NCBI GenBank assembly: GCA_002716765.1
Contig: PBBY01000016.1
Location: 47,322-111,321, forward strand
DNA length: 64,000 bases
Direction of reading: 5' to 3'
Source of the DNA: Candidatus Magasanikiibacteriota bacterium
Lineage (GTDB): Bacteria > Patescibacteriota > Patescibacteriia > Magasanikbacterales > UBA922
Each line of letters opens with the position of its first letter. Within the stretch, counting starts at the first letter, position 1. Made by a program: the position numbers and the translations under genes. The notes below the pieces were generated by a model. That model was not told where the DNA came from, searched no databases, and was given only the letters and a program-made list of their open reading frames with translations. Positions 39,562-48,205 of the stretch are shown in pieces.

Positions 39562-40443
39562 TTACTGAGAAAAAATCCAAAATAGCTTTTGCATTAACCC
39601 CTCTGGAACATATCTGGAGTCAGTCATAACTGCCCCATTGCACGCTTCGAGAATGAACGAATCTTGTTCTAAGGGGAGATTACAAGCTGCCCCCACAACA
39701 ATACGGAGTGCGGTTGAAGATAGTTGCTGCATCACCCTAGCAACTTCATCGGCCGAAACCTCACCATGGCCTGTGTACCAACAATCATAATCAGTTACCA
39801 TTGCAAGTGTTGCATAAGGAATTCCTGCTTCACGAGCAAGCTTAGCCTCTGGCAAAGCTGTCATACCAATTACATCTGCACCAAAGAGACGGTGCATATT
39901 TGATTCCGCTTTTGTGGAAAATGCTGGACCCTCCATAGCGACATATGTTCCTCCACGTTGCACAGAAACCTCCAAACTATCTGCCGCCTCAAAAAGCACA
40001 TGTGCAAGCTTTGGTGAAACTGGAGTACCAAATGGTACGTGCCCAGCAACCCCATTACCAAAAAAGGTGCACTCTCGCTTGTACGTTTTGTCGATATACT
40101 GATCAACAATCACCACATTTCCCGGCTCAATCTCCTCTTTTAGTGAACCAACAGCAGAAACGGCAATACACCACTGTGCGCCAAGTTTTTTGAGCGCCCA
40201 AATATTTGCCCGATAATTTACTTCCGATGGCAAAATACGATGACCAACGCCATGGCGTGGTAAAAAAAGAATAGACACAGTAACACCTTCTTGCCGAAGC
40301 AATCCAGATACAATAGTATCACTTGTTTCACCATATGGCGTATGAACCACCAACTCCTCTACTTCTGTAAGATGTTCTTGTAAATCATATAATCCACTTC
40401 CGCCAATAACAGCGACAGTTGGAATGTGTTTTGGTATTTTCAT
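39562..40443 (-). CDS. mtnP: S-methyl-5'-thioadenosine / purine nucleoside phosphorylase (PNP/MTAP family)
   Basis: VAVIGGSGLYDL N-terminus and the GMTALPEAKLAREAGIPYATLAMVTDYDCW phosphorylase signature. SD AAAAAGGAG lies 7 nt upstream. Confidence 0.8.
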   Translation of the reverse strand: MKIPKHIPTVAVIGGSGLYDLQEHLTEVEELVVHTPYGETSDTIVSGLLRQEGVTVSILFLPRHGVGHRILPSEVNYRANIWALKKLGAQWCIAVSAVGSLKEEIEPGNVVIVDQYIDKTYKRECTFFGNGVAGHVPFGTPVSPKLAHVLFEAADSLEVSVQRGGTYVAMEGPAFSTKAESNMHRLFGADVIGMTALPEAKLAREAGIPYATLAMVTDYDCWYTGHGEVSADEVARVMQQLSSTALRIVVGAACNLPLEQDSFILEACNGAVMTDSRYVPEGLMQKLFWIFSQ

Positions 40444-40769
40444 TGGTCACTCCTTTTTTTGAAAAAAACCACGCACGCTTTGGCATTGTAACACACTACA
40501 CCTAGACACACAAATTGAGTATTAAAAAATGACCACAGAGCGGTCAGTAAGAAAGAACTGAAAGAAAAACCTACTACCCCTTAAGAGCTAAATAAAACGC
40601 AGTTAGATTAATACATGTTGAAATGAGCAGCAAAACAGCTATCATACCACAGCCTCCAAAGAGAAATTTGCCACTACTACTCACAGATTGTGGCAAAAAA
40701 ATAAAGAAAGGATGAGTAGTGTGCTAGATATATTTATATACGTTCACCACACTACCCACCAAACACATT

Positions 40770-40816
40770 TAATTTTCCAATTATTACTCTAGGACAAATA
40801 AGATAATTTGTCAAGT
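40770..40816 (-). promoter_or_regulatory. Candidate distal promoter for mtnP with the recurring aacTTGACAaatt -35 box
   Basis: The minus strand reads aacTTGACAaattatcttatttgtccTAGAGT. It would leave a ~360-nt leader before mtnP that contains an imperfect 12-bp inverted repeat (ccactactactca…tgagtagtgtg). Confidence 0.3.
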
Positions 40817-40947
40817 TTCTACGATAGAATTACTTAAAAAATTTTGTATAAACACCTAACAAAGTCTATATTTATTTTAAACACCTTCTTCATAAAGAGA
40901 AAACACAGGCTGGCACCTGTGTAAAGTAAGAAAAGAAAAAAATAATA

Positions 40948-41337
40948 CTATTTATCACCGTTTTTAAATGATAGAAAAAAGAACAAATTGTAAAATACAA
41001 AAAATACCAAAAGGATAAGCGGATACCCATTCGAATATATAATTGCACATACCGCGCCAAAAAGTAAGGGTATTGCCTTTTCATTTTGAGGAGCATGGCA
41101 CTCTAGGTTTCCTGCCATTAGAAGCATAATTGCAATAACAACATAATCTACAAACACAAAATCCTCCCAAATAAAGAGTAAAAGAAACAAAGAGTGCACG
41201 CAAAAATGCAATAAATACGACGCGCACATATAATATAATACCACACAACCATTGTATAACAAAAAAACCAGTGTAAAATTCCACACTGGTTTTTTTGTTG
41301 CGATTAGTATTGAAACCGCAGAAGTAAAAGAAGCCAA
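40948..41337 (-). CDS. Possible membrane protein
   Basis: 129-aa hydrophobic ORF. No SD and no motif. Low coding confidence in AT-rich DNA. Confidence 0.2.
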   Translation of the reverse strand: MASFTSAVSILIATKKPVWNFTLVFLLYNGCVVLYYMCASYLLHFCVHSLFLLLFIWEDFVFVDYVVIAIMLLMAGNLECHAPQNEKAIPLLFGAVCAIIYSNGYPLILLVFFVFYNLFFFLSFKNGDK

Positions 41338-41504
41338 ATTGCTATAAATAGCGTAACTGGTAAAATAAATAATAATACCACAATAAACCCTTCTTTTAGG
41401 ATTTTTGGGATAATAGTAAGTGATTTTTGTCGTATTTGCTTCATAAATAGTATTAGAAAAATACCTATTCCTTTTGTGTCTCTTTTCATCTCACGCTTTA
41501 ACAC
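41304..41504 (-). CDS. Possible small membrane protein
   Basis: 66-aa hydrophobic ORF in the AT-rich block. It overlaps the next ORF out of frame and could be one disrupted gene. Confidence 0.2.
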   Translation of the reverse strand: MLKREMKRDTKGIGIFLILFMKQIRQKSLTIIPKILKEGFIVVLLFILPVTLFIAIWLLLLLRFQY

Positions 41505-41860
41505 CTTGGTTTTACCACAATTTCATGTTTTTGTCAAGTGTTGAGCCAAAAATACGTACAATGACCCAAAAAAACAAAAACCCACCTGCCGGAGAGTATT
41601 CTGTATATTTTAAGTAAAATTATCTATATACCATACAACTATGATATAGAAATAACTTACTCCCACACATTATCTTGCAATCTAGTTGTTAGATATGCTT
41701 CTTGTAATGGTGAGAGGATTGGGTTAAGGAACGTAGGTTAGGGGTGTAGGTCTACCGGAAGGAGAGTCGTTGGGCGCTGGTGTTCTGATCTTCTTATCTT
41801 CTTAACTCAACCACCTTCACACCAATATCCGGGTCGATCCAAGATGGACAGGTATATACC

Positions 41861-41890
41861 TTTTTTCCTCCTTTTTTTGCCACACGACGA
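41861..41890 (-). repeat. 30-nt exact copy of the first 10 codons (plus the internal AAAGGAGG) of the glycosyltransferase gene at 1393-1422
   Basis: atataccttttttcctcctttttttgcca occurs at 1393-1422 and 41861-41890. On the minus strand it reads tggcaaaaaaaggaggaaaaaaggtatat, which translates to (M)AKKGGKKVY. Confidence 0.8.
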
Positions 41891-41917
41891 CGTCCTTTTT
41901 TCTTTTTGGGAGATTTC

Positions 41918-42109
41918 TTAGTAGGCGGCGACAAAGAAGATGAAAAGAAGGAAGATAACGATGACCCCAATGGCCACCAAAATAATTTGGTTGATATCCA
42001 CAATAGCCCTTTCGTTTGCTAAAATGGTGCTCTCTATCTTATTGATATGTTGCTGCAAGTAAAAGATAAAGAGAGAGTTTAAAATATATGAGCAGCATGT
42101 TATATACAC
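41918..42109 (-). CDS. Possible small tail-anchored hydrophobic protein
   Basis: 63-aa ORF (GTG start) with a C-terminal TM (IILVAIGVIVIFLLFIFFVAAY). It lies about 200 nt downstream of the perfect TTGACA-N17-TATAAT promoter at 42316-42344. Confidence 0.2.
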   Translation of the reverse strand: MYITCCSYILNSLFIFYLQQHINKIESTILANERAIVDINQIILVAIGVIVIFLLFIFFVAAY

Positions 42110-42315
42110 AACGTATATACACCATGCTACTCATACATCACTTCATTTTCCTTCCTTTCCTATTATTGTATTGATCAGTGTAAGACTTAATTACATGAAA
42201 CCCTTACACAAGAAACGAGTACTGATCTGGGCAAGTTTAGAAATAAGACCCTTCTAGTACTTGTCGCCTCTTGTGTAGTGACTTCTGTTTTTTCTTATAA
42301 TTCATTGTAACCATG

Positions 42316-42344
42316 CATTATATCATACTTTACTACTTTTGTCA
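42316..42344 (-). promoter_or_regulatory. Perfect consensus sigma70 promoter TTGACA-N17-TATAAT on the minus strand
   Basis: The minus strand reads acacTTGACAaaagtagtaaagtatgaTATAATgcatgg. It points into the 2-kb low-coding region. Confidence 0.55.
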
Positions 42345-42504
42345 AGTGTTTTATGTGCTTTTTTGCTATATTTTTCCTAATATCCTTTTTTTAGGCTAAT
42401 TTTAGCCAATTTTTCCTGTTATTTCCCTCTATATATCCCCTATTTTTTACCATTTTTTTCTTAATATAATACTTTTATTATTTTTTTTCTTTACAAATTT
42501 ACTC

Positions 42505-42533
42505 TTTACAGGTTGCTGAAAACATGCTACAAT
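42505..42533 (+). promoter_or_regulatory. Promoter TTTACA-N17-TACAAT for the Cys-rich gene (divergent from the 42316-42344 promoter)
   Basis: tcTTTACAggttgctgaaaacatgcTACAATctag, about 30 nt upstream of SD+ATG at 42566. Confidence 0.5.
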
Positions 42534-42565
42534 CTAGCCGACCACTTACACAAAAAGGAGAAAAC

Positions 42566-42898
42566 ATGAAAGTGGACTGCCAATTTCCAAAAATAACATT
42601 ACCAAATTGCCCTACCCTGGTGGCTCGACTTCGTGCAAAACTTGCTGAGTATGAAGGACGTAATCCGTATACCTCACCCGAGTGCGATCAAGATAACTTC
42701 TTTAAGAAGGAAATCTTGAAAAGACTTATTGAGGCTGGACAAGTTACTCAAGAATGGTGTGAAAGCAGGTTCAGCGACCTCCCAAGAGATATTTATCACA
42801 CATATTATCTTGCAAATGCATTATGTGTAATAAACGCCTACTGTCTGCTAGATTTTGTAAGTATAAAAGACGGTACTGGACTTCCAAGCCCCGCTTAA
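42566..42898 (+). CDS. Hypothetical Cys-rich protein
   Basis: Start MKVDCQ with SD AAAGGAG 6 nt upstream. A TTTACA-N17-TACAAT promoter lies at 42505-42533 and a hairpin plus T-run terminator at 42939-42970. The protein has 7 Cys and no recognisable motif. Confidence 0.45.
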   Translation: MKVDCQFPKITLPNCPTLVARLRAKLAEYEGRNPYTSPECDQDNFFKKEILKRLIEAGQVTQEWCESRFSDLPRDIYHTYYLANALCVINAYCLLDFVSIKDGTGLPSPA

Positions 42899-42938
42899 AA
42901 ATATGGAAGCACACCTCTTTTCATTGTTCTTTTTTTTT

Positions 42939-42970
42939 GCGACCTCCGAAGGAAGGTTGTTTTTATTTTC
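42939..42970 (+). terminator. Terminator of the Cys-rich gene (gcgacctcc-gaa-ggaaggttg plus T-run)
   Basis: 8-bp stem with one bulge, followed by tttttatttt. Confidence 0.5.
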
Positions 42971-43065
42971 ACGGAAAATAAGGTGTCGTACAATGTTATC
43001 ATTCCCCTATTTCTTTGTGTATAAAAAAACACCCTTTCAGGTGTTTCTTTATTTGTATTTTACCT

Positions 43066-43815
43066 TTATTTTGTTAGTTCTGCCAATATTGCATCTACGT
43101 TTTCAAATGGTTGTGCGCCAGATATTACTTGTTTGTTTCCTTTTTTATCTATAATAATGGTGTGCGGTGTTCCTCTTACTCCTACTTTTGTTGCAGAAGC
43201 AATGTCTTCGTCTACATCTTTTGCTGTTTTTTGCTCACTTACACAATCAGCAAACTTCTTTTCGTTTAGTGATAACTCTTTTGCAATTTCGTTGTATTTA
43301 CTTACATTAAGTGATTTGTAATCTTCTATTAACTTGTCTGAGAACTCCCAGAATTTTCCCTGAAGACCGGCACATTCTGCTGCAACTGCTGCTGGTTTTG
43401 CGTTTTGATGAAATGATAATGGAAAATGTCTGTAAACCCATCGAACATCATCACCATATTTATCCATTACTTTTTTCATGGTTTCGTGAAATCGTGAACA
43501 AAACGGGCATTCGTAATCGGAATATTCTACCAACGTTATTTTTGCTTTTGCGTTTCCTCGTATATGATCATCTTTGGTAACTGCGGCAAGTTCCCCACTT
43601 GGTGCGACAGGTTGAGCCGCTGGTGGATTACCTGCTGCCACATGCGCTGCGGGTTGTGTTCCTGTATTTCCTCCTAAATACATATTTAATAGAATAAAAA
43701 AACCAATAGTACACAATAATAATATTCCACCAACAGCACCAATAACAAACATTTGGGTTGGTGATAAATTACATACATATGAACTAGTTGTTCCACATTT
43801 TTCCTTTGAATTCAT
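43066..43815 (-). CDS. DsbA-family thiol:disulfide oxidoreductase, membrane-anchored
   Basis: CPFC active site (YSDYECPFCSRFH) and an N-terminal TM. Start at MNSKEK chosen; the longer TTG-initiated form is possible. Confidence 0.75.
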   Translation of the reverse strand: MNSKEKCGTTSSYVCNLSPTQMFVIGAVGGILLLCTIGFFILLNMYLGGNTGTQPAAHVAAGNPPAAQPVAPSGELAAVTKDDHIRGNAKAKITLVEYSDYECPFCSRFHETMKKVMDKYGDDVRWVYRHFPLSFHQNAKPAAVAAECAGLQGKFWEFSDKLIEDYKSLNVSKYNEIAKELSLNEKKFADCVSEQKTAKDVDEDIASATKVGVRGTPHTIIIDKKGNKQVISGAQPFENVDAILAELTK

Positions 43816-43883
43816 AATTGAAAACTTAAATAAATAGTGTAAATAGTATAACAAAAACGAGCAGGTCCAACAAGTAAATAGTG

Positions 43884-45197
43884 TTAATAGTCTTTTATAA
43901 GATATGTAAGTGGATTTAGTGGGATACCATTTTTTCGTACTTCAAAATGTAAATGTGGTCCAGTCGTAAACGGCCCTGCGCCAACAGTTCCTGGCATCCC
44001 ACCAGAGTAACCTATAACTTCCCCTCGGGTCACAAACTGATCTTCTGAGACTATTATTTTTGCTGCATGACCATACACAGTAGACAATCCTCCGGAGTGA
44101 ATAAGCATAATATAACCATAACATGACGCTTTGGAGCAACGTCTTGCTCGACCAACATATCCGGAGGCCACTGCTTTTAATGGCGTACCTTGTGCTGCAC
44201 GAATATCTATTGCGTTATGCTCAAATATGTGTCGGTATGGGTAGTCTGGATCTCTGTAACGTGTGGTAATATACCTACTTTGTGTAGGCCAAGAAAGTGA
44301 CGTAGCATTATCTCCTTTTAAATTATCGAGCTTGTCTTGATCTTGAAGTTTTCCTCTGATTTCTTTTTCTATACCAGAAATTTCATTTTCTATATCTTGG
44401 TATTGTTTTTTTAATTGTTTGAGTAATGTATTATATGTTCTTTCAGAAGATTGTGTTTGTTCCAGCAATACTCTTTTTGCATATTTTCGCTCTTCTAGAT
44501 CTGTCTTTTTTTGAGTAATTTCTTCTTGGAAATTTTCTAATAATTCCTGCTTATTCTTTTTTTCTAAAACCTTTTCTTCTAATTGTGTTTTTGCAATACG
44601 TAGCGATTGTACATTTGCTCCCAAATTTGATTCAACCGTTTCTAAATATTGCAGTGAATTATAAAAATCCGAAAAACTATTGTAGTTTGTTGCTATTTCT
44701 ATATACTTCTTAGAATCATTTTGATGAATAGCTCGCAATAATTCTGCAATCATTATTTTTTGTCTTTCTAATACATGTTGCTTTTCTTCTATAGAAAGCT
44801 CAAAAGCACGCACTTCTAAAGCCACAGCATCTATGTTTTGCTGCGTTGCTTCTATTTCTAATTGCACTTCTGCTACACGATTATCTAAGATAGCTGTTTG
44901 ATTGGCTAATGATGTTGCTTGTAATCTTTTTGCAGCTATTTTCTTTTTGTATGCTTGAATACTTTTTTCTAATTTCGCTACCTTTTCTTTTTTTTCGCTA
45001 ATTTTTTGTTGTAAAACAGATACTTCTTCATTACTTCCACCGGATTCAAGATTGTGCGTATGAAGGTGACCATGACCATGACTATGATAAAGCGCACCAA
45101 AAACAGCTGTTGGTGCAAGAATACAAAAAAAGCACAACCCAGTCATAATATAACTGACATGTTTTGAACAAAGAAAGTTTTGAGCAAAACCATGCAT
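43884..45197 (-). CDS. M23 family metallopeptidase with N-terminal coiled coil (EnvC-like)
   Basis: Signal peptide, about 250 aa of heptad-rich coiled coil, and a C-terminal M23 domain (HxxxD … GPHLHFEV). Confidence 0.8.
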   Translation of the reverse strand: MHGFAQNFLCSKHVSYIMTGLCFFCILAPTAVFGALYHSHGHGHLHTHNLESGGSNEEVSVLQQKISEKKEKVAKLEKSIQAYKKKIAAKRLQATSLANQTAILDNRVAEVQLEIEATQQNIDAVALEVRAFELSIEEKQHVLERQKIMIAELLRAIHQNDSKKYIEIATNYNSFSDFYNSLQYLETVESNLGANVQSLRIAKTQLEEKVLEKKNKQELLENFQEEITQKKTDLEERKYAKRVLLEQTQSSERTYNTLLKQLKKQYQDIENEISGIEKEIRGKLQDQDKLDNLKGDNATSLSWPTQSRYITTRYRDPDYPYRHIFEHNAIDIRAAQGTPLKAVASGYVGRARRCSKASCYGYIMLIHSGGLSTVYGHAAKIIVSEDQFVTRGEVIGYSGGMPGTVGAGPFTTGPHLHFEVRKNGIPLNPLTYLIKDY

Positions 45198-45198
45198 A

Positions 45199-46302
45199 TT
45201 ACTTTTGTAGTTTAACCACTTGTGTTGGATACGCAAAACCAATATTATTTTTGGTAAATTCTTCTAAAATAGCAAAGAGTATTTTTTCTTTAACCGTTAC
45301 GTAATCAATAAATTGATTTGAATTAACATAATACACACAATCAAAGTTCAAACTAAAATCACCAAAAGCAGAAAAATTACATCGATCAAAGTCTACTATA
45401 CTATTCTTTTTAATTACGTGCCCCACAATACCCGGAATTGACTCAAGCTTCTTTTTTGACGTTTCATATTCTACACCAAAAGTAAATGACTCTCTTCTTC
45501 TTTTTAATTGACCAAAATTTTGAATTTGTGCGTTGGTAATTTCTTTATTTGGCATAACTAATTCTTCTCCACGGAGCGTTTCTATTCTGGTTGTTTTAAG
45601 TCCAATATACCGAACTGTTCCACTACTTTCACCAATCGCAATATAATCCCCAACCTGGAATGGCTTATCCATAAATATAGAAAATGAGCTAAAAAAATCA
45701 CTGAGTACATTTTGGAGCGCCAATGCAACTGCAATACCACCAATACCAAGACTAGCAACAAAAGCGGTTACATTTATTCCAAGATTAGACAAAATAACTA
45801 ATATAACAAGGACCCACAATATTGCTACAATAAATGATCGTAAAATACGCAACATAGCTTTTGCATGCCCTCTTCCCTTTTTTGTTACTCGTCCTAAATA
45901 TATTTCTACCAAAGCATCAAAAAAGTCGGCAATAGCGTGTATAATTTCATACACCACAAGTAGCAACAAAACAACACTTACCACTTGCATTACACGTTGC
46001 GGCATTGTAATATGCTGCAATGCAATGTACAGAGAAATACTAATGTAAAACTTTGACTGAAGCCCATGAATAAACGCAATAACCGCATCATCGTATTGAT
46101 TTTTGGTCTTTTTTGCTAAAGTAACCGCCCTTTTTAATACAATTGAGCGAAATATATGCAACGCAATCATCGCGACTATAAAATAACAGGCCGCCAATAG
46201 ATATTGCCACATTGAGTTACTAAATAATTCATATTGCTGCAATATATGCAAAACAACTTCCATAAATAGATAGTTAATAATTATACATATAGTATACACC
46301 AA
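45199..46302 (-). CDS. mscS: Mechanosensitive channel MscS family
   Basis: TM3-like GIGGIAVALALQNVLSDFFS followed by the beta-domain (GDYIAIGESSGTVRYIGLKTTRIETLRGEELVMPNKEI). Confidence 0.85.
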   Translation of the reverse strand: MVYTICIIINYLFMEVVLHILQQYELFSNSMWQYLLAACYFIVAMIALHIFRSIVLKRAVTLAKKTKNQYDDAVIAFIHGLQSKFYISISLYIALQHITMPQRVMQVVSVVLLLLVVYEIIHAIADFFDALVEIYLGRVTKKGRGHAKAMLRILRSFIVAILWVLVILVILSNLGINVTAFVASLGIGGIAVALALQNVLSDFFSSFSIFMDKPFQVGDYIAIGESSGTVRYIGLKTTRIETLRGEELVMPNKEITNAQIQNFGQLKRRRESFTFGVEYETSKKKLESIPGIVGHVIKKNSIVDFDRCNFSAFGDFSLNFDCVYYVNSNQFIDYVTVKEKILFAILEEFTKNNIGFAYPTQVVKLQK

Positions 46303-46313
46303 AAAGTGTTGTG

Positions 46314-47621
46314 TTACATCCCCTCAACAAGCGGTTTTAATTTCTTTTTCCCCTTTTTTCCTAAAACTTCTCTTTGAAACAAAATAAGACCGAGAATACT
46401 TACAAGTATTACAGCAAGTAAAGCTGCAGATGCGTAGATCGCATCAAACATGTGGTGTGTTAACGCAACAGTAATAAAAACTAAACCAACCTCACCACGA
46501 ATACTCATTGCATATCCCACAAGTCTCCCATCTTTCTCCTTTGCAAAGAAATATTTAACAAGATACTTCCCAAAGAAACCTAGTCCTGTAAAAATCAAAG
46601 CAAGTAACCACACCTCCCAAGAAAGCAGCGCTTCTCGTGGTAACATAGTACCAAGACTAACAAGAAACGCTCCAACAAAAATGTGAGTATACCCTTCTAT
46701 TTTTTCCCACGCAGTCTTTTTTATAGAATTGTCAACCTTTGATAAAACAACTCCTATACCAAAAGCGCCAAGAACTGGCTCAAGACCAGCAACCCCGGCA
46801 ATTGCAGAAGCAAGAATAAGTGCACCAAAGAAGAATCGCGTGTACAACTGCGTCCCATCGTTAGCATAATGCCGATCAAGATATTGTGCAATCTTATCTG
46901 CAACACCACTAACCCAAAGCAGATACGTACCAATAACAAAAAATCCGATTACTAGTAATATAATAATAAATGGGGCAACTGCTGTATACCCTTGAGACAC
47001 TTTTAGTAGTGTGGTTAGAATAATTACACCTAAAATATTGTCTATTAATGCACCACCAACTATTTTATTCCCAAGATTCGTTTGTAGCATATTTGCACGC
47101 TTAAGCAACTCAACAGATAAACCAACAGAAGTGGCTGTAAAAATACCCCCTAAGAAAAGTGCTGAAACGATCGACATGTCTAAAACAAAATACCCAAACA
47201 AACCAAGTGTACAAAGAGGAACACGAACACCAACAACCGCCACACGTGTGGCAAGAGCCGTGTTTTTTTTCAGTAGCAATGGGTCAAAATGTAACCCAGC
47301 CTCAAATAAAATAAATAACACACCAGCAACACGCGCTAACTCTACACCAACACTATATGCATCAAGCACCCCAAAAAATGCTGGACCAACCAAGACACCC
47401 ATAATAATCTTTCCTGCCATTGGAGCAGTACCAAAGAAGAGGGCTAATCTCCGACCAAAAGAAGCAAACAGTGCTAAAAATGCCACATCTACAAGTATAG
47501 GCATAATAATCCGCATATCATCGCTATGGCTCATTTCTAAACCAATGCGTAAATAGTATAAGGTTAGGCAAAGTATAGCTAACTCAAATACTAATAAAAA
47601 AAAGGTTTGTATTTTTTTCAT
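46314..47621 (-). CDS. Cation:proton antiporter (CPA family Na+/H+ or K+/H+ exchanger)
   Basis: 435 aa with 11-12 TM helices and Gly-rich helices typical of CPA transporters. No soluble domain. Confidence 0.6.
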   Translation of the reverse strand: MKKIQTFFLLVFELAILCLTLYYLRIGLEMSHSDDMRIIMPILVDVAFLALFASFGRRLALFFGTAPMAGKIIMGVLVGPAFFGVLDAYSVGVELARVAGVLFILFEAGLHFDPLLLKKNTALATRVAVVGVRVPLCTLGLFGYFVLDMSIVSALFLGGIFTATSVGLSVELLKRANMLQTNLGNKIVGGALIDNILGVIILTTLLKVSQGYTAVAPFIIILLVIGFFVIGTYLLWVSGVADKIAQYLDRHYANDGTQLYTRFFFGALILASAIAGVAGLEPVLGAFGIGVVLSKVDNSIKKTAWEKIEGYTHIFVGAFLVSLGTMLPREALLSWEVWLLALIFTGLGFFGKYLVKYFFAKEKDGRLVGYAMSIRGEVGLVFITVALTHHMFDAIYASAALLAVILVSILGLILFQREVLGKKGKKKLKPLVEGM

Positions 47622-47726
47622 ATGTCTATTACATAATATTTTATTATCTCAAAATAAGATAAAGAAGAGTAAAGATGCATGCTATGCATTATATATTTCA
47701 TATAATACACTAATTTCACTAAAATG

Positions 47727-47756
47727 TAAAAAAACGAATCGAAATTCGTTTTTTAT
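47727..47756. terminator. Terminator after atpC at the end of the atp operon (acgaat-cgaa-attcgt with A/T runs)
   Basis: 6-bp stem, GNRA-like loop, A-run upstream and T-run downstream on the + strand. Confidence 0.55.
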
Positions 47757-47774
47757 GCAATACATTATATGTAG

Positions 47775-48185
47775 TTATTTCCTATACCTATTACCCACAG
47801 ATATACGGACAAGTTCTTTTTCTAGTTTTGCTTGAATACGTGCAAAATCAATATCAAGCATATCCTGCTTTTGTGCCATAAGCTCTTCTGCCTTCTTTTT
47901 TGCTGCTTCGGCACGAGCAACATCAAGATGCTCAACCCGCTCAGAGGTATTTGCAAGCACAACAACCTCACCTTCTGGCGACACCTCCACAACACCATGT
48001 GATACAGATAACACTTGGGTATTCTGGTCTTTTTCTACCAGAAGCTCTCCGGGAACAACCACAGAAATAAGTGCTGCATGATCCGGTAGCAATGTAATAA
48101 CCCCATCCTTCGTTGGAACAGAAACCGAGAGCACTGTATCATCGTTGTATGTAACACCATATGGTGTTGCAAGAGTAAATTTCAT
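47775..48185 (-). CDS. atpC: ATP synthase F1 epsilon subunit
   Basis: 136 aa. Beta-sandwich N-domain (LSVSVPTKDGVITLLPDHAALI) and a C-terminal helical hairpin. Last gene of the atp cluster, followed by a hairpin terminator. Confidence 0.85.
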   Translation of the reverse strand: MKFTLATPYGVTYNDDTVLSVSVPTKDGVITLLPDHAALISVVVPGELLVEKDQNTQVLSVSHGVVEVSPEGEVVVLANTSERVEHLDVARAEAAKKKAEELMAQKQDMLDIDFARIQAKLEKELVRISVGNRYRK

Positions 48186-48205
48186 AGAAATAATGTAATA
48201 TCTAT

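Noticed and set aside
40600-40700. 30-aa + strand ORF (MSSKTAIIPQPPKRNLPLLLTDCGKKIKKG) in the mtnP upstream region
   Set aside because: No SD and not hydrophobic. It lies inside the presumed mtnP leader on the opposite strand.
41700-41830. Possible SRP (4.5S) RNA because of an AGGUC…CC-GGAA-GG motif resembling domain IV
   Set aside because: The 3' side lacks the conserved GGAAGCAGC, reading GGAGAGUCG instead, and the 5' side has insertions. This is not a convincing ffs, so it is kept only as a generic structured-RNA candidate.
1393-41890. The two 30-nt copies as att sites bounding a 40-kb integrated element
   Set aside because: The intervening 40 kb is core housekeeping (infB, leuS, uvrAB, lepA, recJ, murA and others) with no integrase or phage genes.
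41794-42003. 70-aa minus-strand ORF containing …RRVAKKGGKKVYTCPSW…
   Set aside because: It overlaps the 63-aa ORF in another frame, has low-complexity S/K-rich content and no start context. Only the 30-nt repeat inside it is considered real signal.
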